Below, piece by piece: positions 62,501 through 64,000 of a stretch of DNA of 64,000 nt. The translations under genes and the position numbers were made by a program. Source of the DNA: a virus; IMG/VR virus record IMGVR_UViG_3300045988_174371, positions 128,001 to 192,000 of that record. One strand, given 5' to 3'. Below the pieces are notes generated by a model. It had not been told where the DNA came from and ran no database searches. It saw only the letters and a program-made list of their open reading frames with translations. Positions within the stretch are counted from its first letter, which is position 1, and each line of letters begins with the position of its first letter.

Positions 62501-63585
62501 GTTGGCGGGGTTTGGAGCTTCTTCAGGTCGTCAGGGAGGCGTACTTCCTCGGGGGTTTTGCCAGCGATTGCCGCCGCGAGGGTGTTGATGATTTCCTGTT
62601 CCATTTCCGCGTTGGTTGCGGCGCGGGCGTTGTACAGGGTGTTGTCGAAGCCTACGCGAGTGTACCCGCGTGTAGCCATGACGTTAGCGTCTGAGGTGTC
62701 TAGGATGGTCTCGATGGCGGCGGCGGCTGACGATTGGGTGCTGGCTGTGAATGCGGCGGCGATTGAACCTAGCGGGTTGCCTTTAGCCCATTCTGCTTTG
62801 AAGGCGGCTACAGCACCACTAGCGCCCTCGGTGATGCCGTTAAAGATTGCTGATACGCCTAGTGCAAGGGTTTGTGATGCGCCGAAGTTAGTCATTAGGC
62901 GCGCTTGGGTTTGAACCTGAATGTGGTCGAACTCGCCATTGTAGTAGGTTACTCTGAGGTTGTAGCCGTAAAGCTCCATTGCCGTGTACTTTTCGACTCG
63001 GGCGCTGGCGGTTGCGGGCACGTTTTTAACCCCGGTGGGAAGTCCCAGCCAGGGCATATCGAGCTTATTGGACTGTGCGCCGCCGCCCTGGATACCTCCT
63101 GGAGCTACGGCGCTGTATAGGTTCTGTCCAAGGTCAGCAATGTAGTTAGGCACGTCACAGTTGTGGTACGTTAGCAACCCTCGGTTGGGGTCATTCACAT
63201 CGCATGACCATTTCTTGTTGTCATGGTAGTAGCCGTCGGTGCTGGACTTTGGGTGTTCGTAGATGTAGCCAGGAGTTAGCACGCGGGTGAGGACTTTTGC
63301 GAAGGGGGTCTTTGAGCCATCTTTCTTCGCTTTGTCTAGGGTCTGGGTGAAACCTTTGTCGCCGGTTTCAGTTACGCCTAGTTCCTTTTGTGCTTTCTGG
63401 AGCTTTTCGATGGTCTTCTTGTCACCATCGTCTGCGAAAGCTAGGTTTACGCCAGTGGGGATGAAGCTGGAAACAATAATGAGGGCAAGCATGATGGAAG
63501 CAACGAGCCTCAGAAGGAGGTTATCGTTGCTTTTAGCTCGGCTTATTGAAGGGGTTTCACCCCATGTGGTGTATGTACGTGCCAT
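59563..63585 (-). CDS. giant membrane protein, T4SS channel/surface candidate (1340 aa)
   Basis: Signal anchor, ectodomain of about 560 aa, a TM cluster and a C-terminal coiled-coil region of about 330 aa. Confidence 0.7.
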   Translation of the reverse strand: MARTYTTWGETPSISRAKSNDNLLLRLVASIMLALIIVSSFIPTGVNLAFADDGDKKTIEKLQKAQKELGVTETGDKGFTQTLDKAKKDGSKTPFAKVLTRVLTPGYIYEHPKSSTDGYYHDNKKWSCDVNDPNRGLLTYHNCDVPNYIADLGQNLYSAVAPGGIQGGGAQSNKLDMPWLGLPTGVKNVPATASARVEKYTAMELYGYNLRVTYYNGEFDHIQVQTQARLMTNFGASQTLALGVSAIFNGITEGASGAVAAFKAEWAKGNPLGSIAAAFTASTQSSAAAAIETILDTSDANVMATRGYTRVGFDNTLYNARAATNAEMEQEIINTLAAAIAGKTPEEVRLPDDLKKLQTPPTQPVAGGTTCIVTNPDGSKNTISKLADENACSEAAKTANMEHPDYQWDATDKQAETIKDWKEHNKGWFESAQKYNLTCNVDEDEAKRDETISAFYSCVPNAYTTAVQKYTKDKEGEAGKKLAEQLNQPGFFQDFLRKNIAANFNSPTNQYYCLNADGTDKLDGNGKPMKLFNADGKYNSDCAHTRAPIKGGIYGTGDGIMNDTRRELYESNMASMLFSSDGVFTDFANAGILSASGITRFANAALNIGMSPILQTFGIDNLIADLITLFTNNAFYPFAITVAFVGVLLLTRETITTGKRGIRSIAVFIVGILAISTTATLMLNKPHETIKFVDRSVNVLDSAIADALVTNTLGDEICSATGNTGVIKYAAKRTDADPATRTLMCEVWRMNVLTPWSYAQWGTGYNNLYAVDAKRPVTAHTLTNTNSAQVSRAPVQMGAGITVNNWALYQLDLMSTGTTTADNPNRPAGITSRDMYRIVDVQAGIDNGAGTDSRYLKYWAGREPMSRASVGALAPIAAGITGITVGYFAIYKAIIKAILLLMLVILPFILLMALLGKKTKTATLKYVTNILGLYAQSAILTFLLCLMSVLLINLTSSVSEYIYVFIAQALMSLLILLGARKIMKRIMAGHGIAGTMNMTDSKAILSKTKVGKSVVRFVEMAPSKAKRGFATGYAENGLRGGFITAAKSATELPQFNPHNRKGAVRTVLTAHATGLETARKSVQDMEGFNEAKDIARNLNEINAAEHGVKATDTSIDRLRSPKDIRSAKKTVTALQEAKAKERAHAEATVQERYEAQKNYVEQLGGKWEAPEGEAHAANVQAALEERKRSAEAAHSMVQETVEKQSNQKAIPKSERFDVQNDVRFTPEERAIHKVTGKENTLKYAAKSVGAQAANRFQERFFRNMQAERTMEAMNGGTLNDIPDEVKNALTLTEEQLNERSLEELELIRKWLTNHNTSHAPEEHKLLLEMVEKLISYKMHR

Positions 63586-63634
63586 TGGCGTACCTGTTCA
63601 TTTCTCAGAGTATTTTTCAGCTGGATTGTATATA

Positions 63635-63675
63635 GCAGAAAAGCGGCGTGCCATTGAGACACGCCGCTTTTCTGC
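63635..63675 (-). terminator. hairpin terminator of the partial upstream gene
   Basis: gcagaaaagcggcgtg pairs with cacgccgcttttctgc. Confidence 0.6.
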
Positions 63676-63763
63676 TAGGAGAACCGGGCGATTAAGCCTG
63701 CCCTACCCACCAAAGGGGGAACTAACCACTTACTATATAGCAGAGGTTAGACGCATCTGCCGG

Positions 63764-64000
63764 TTAGCGGCTATTGAGCTTCTGTTCTGCTTGGCGACGG
63801 ATAAGCTCTTTCGGTGGCACTGGCGCGCCTGTCTTAAGGTCGTTGAGAGCTTCAGCATAGGTTCGTGCGTTACGGCGATGGGGAACCCCGGCGGCACGCT
63901 CTTCGTCGTACCGCTTGTAGTCCCAGCCTGGAGTTTTGCGGATATGGGACCCATGCTCAAAAAGCTGTACGTACCAGTTTCTTGGGGTGATTGGTAGGTC
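63764..64000 (-). CDS. 3' end of a gene truncated by the window edge (78 aa seen)
   Basis: Hand translation of the open frame from 64000 gives DLPITPRNWYVQLFEHGSHIRKTPGWDYKRYDEERAAGVPHRRNARTYAEALNDLKTGAPVPPKELIRRQAEQKLNSR, with the stop at 63764-63766. Confidence 0.5.
   Translation of the reverse strand, partial: DLPITPRNWYVQLFEHGSHIRKTPGWDYKRYDEERAAGVPHRRNARTYAEALNDLKTGAPVPPKELIRRQAEQKLNSR

Larger units (their letters stand above)
30500..63585 (-). mobile_element. conjugative-transfer plus replication gene block of a plasmid/ICE-like element (boundaries outside the window)
   Basis: Co-linear relaxase-like, T4SS ATPases, FtsK-like, cell-wall hydrolase, SSB, DnaB and others. Confidence 0.6.

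Noticed and set aside
1-64000. Prophage interpretation (many small early-like genes, RusA, DnaB, SSB).
   Set aside because: No terminase, portal, capsid, tail, lysin/holin cassette or integrase is recognisable in 64 kb, whereas T4SS-type genes are present. A phage-plasmid cannot be excluded from this window alone.
1-64000. tRNA, rRNA or tmRNA genes.
   Set aside because: No cloverleaf-like or rRNA-like segments were recognised by eye. A tRNAscan/Infernal run would be needed to be certain.

Overview
The window looks like part of a large plasmid/ICE-like mobile replicon, possibly a phage-plasmid. The host is Gram-positive and probably actinobacterial. That host call is an inference from three signals: TTGCAT-18nt-TGn-TAGACT promoters, GAAAGG Shine-Dalgarno sites, and GC-rich hairpin terminators that mostly lack U-tracts. 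The window has three parts. (i) 0-20.7 kb carries about 27 mostly monocistronic minus-strand genes for small acidic, helical or membrane proteins of unknown function. They include several paralogue families: 3 YdcK-like beta-helix proteins, 4 tandem small membrane proteins and a 3-member mosaic family. Most are driven by a copy of one conserved promoter, often followed by a structured 5' leader. (ii) About 16.5-32.1 kb is a mirror-symmetric strand-composition domain. The plus strand rises to about 90% A+C approaching 23.4 kb, flips through a pyrimidine tract (23.40-23.57 kb) to more than 90% G+T, and decays to normal by about 32 kb. Genes on both strands stay intact but are recoded, becoming G/V/F/W-rich or T/N/H/P/Q-rich. 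The centre carries a 247-bp tandem repeat with a palindrome, a polypurine tract and CCCTAC repeats. This is my best candidate for an undescribed origin-type or strand-targeted mutation system. (iii) 30.5-64 kb carries minus-strand operons of two kinds. One is a T4SS-like transfer apparatus: a Replic_Relax-like protein, PilT/VirB11-like, TadZ/ParA-like and VirB4-like ATPases, a split FtsK-like ATPase, an M23 peptidase membrane giant and a prepilin-peptidase-like protein. The other is a replication/recombination set: DnaB, SSB, a clamp-like protein, a RecG-like helicase and a RusA-like protein. I recognised no rRNA, tRNA, CRISPR array, reverse transcriptase or phage structural genes. All family assignments are motif recognition by eye, not database searches.
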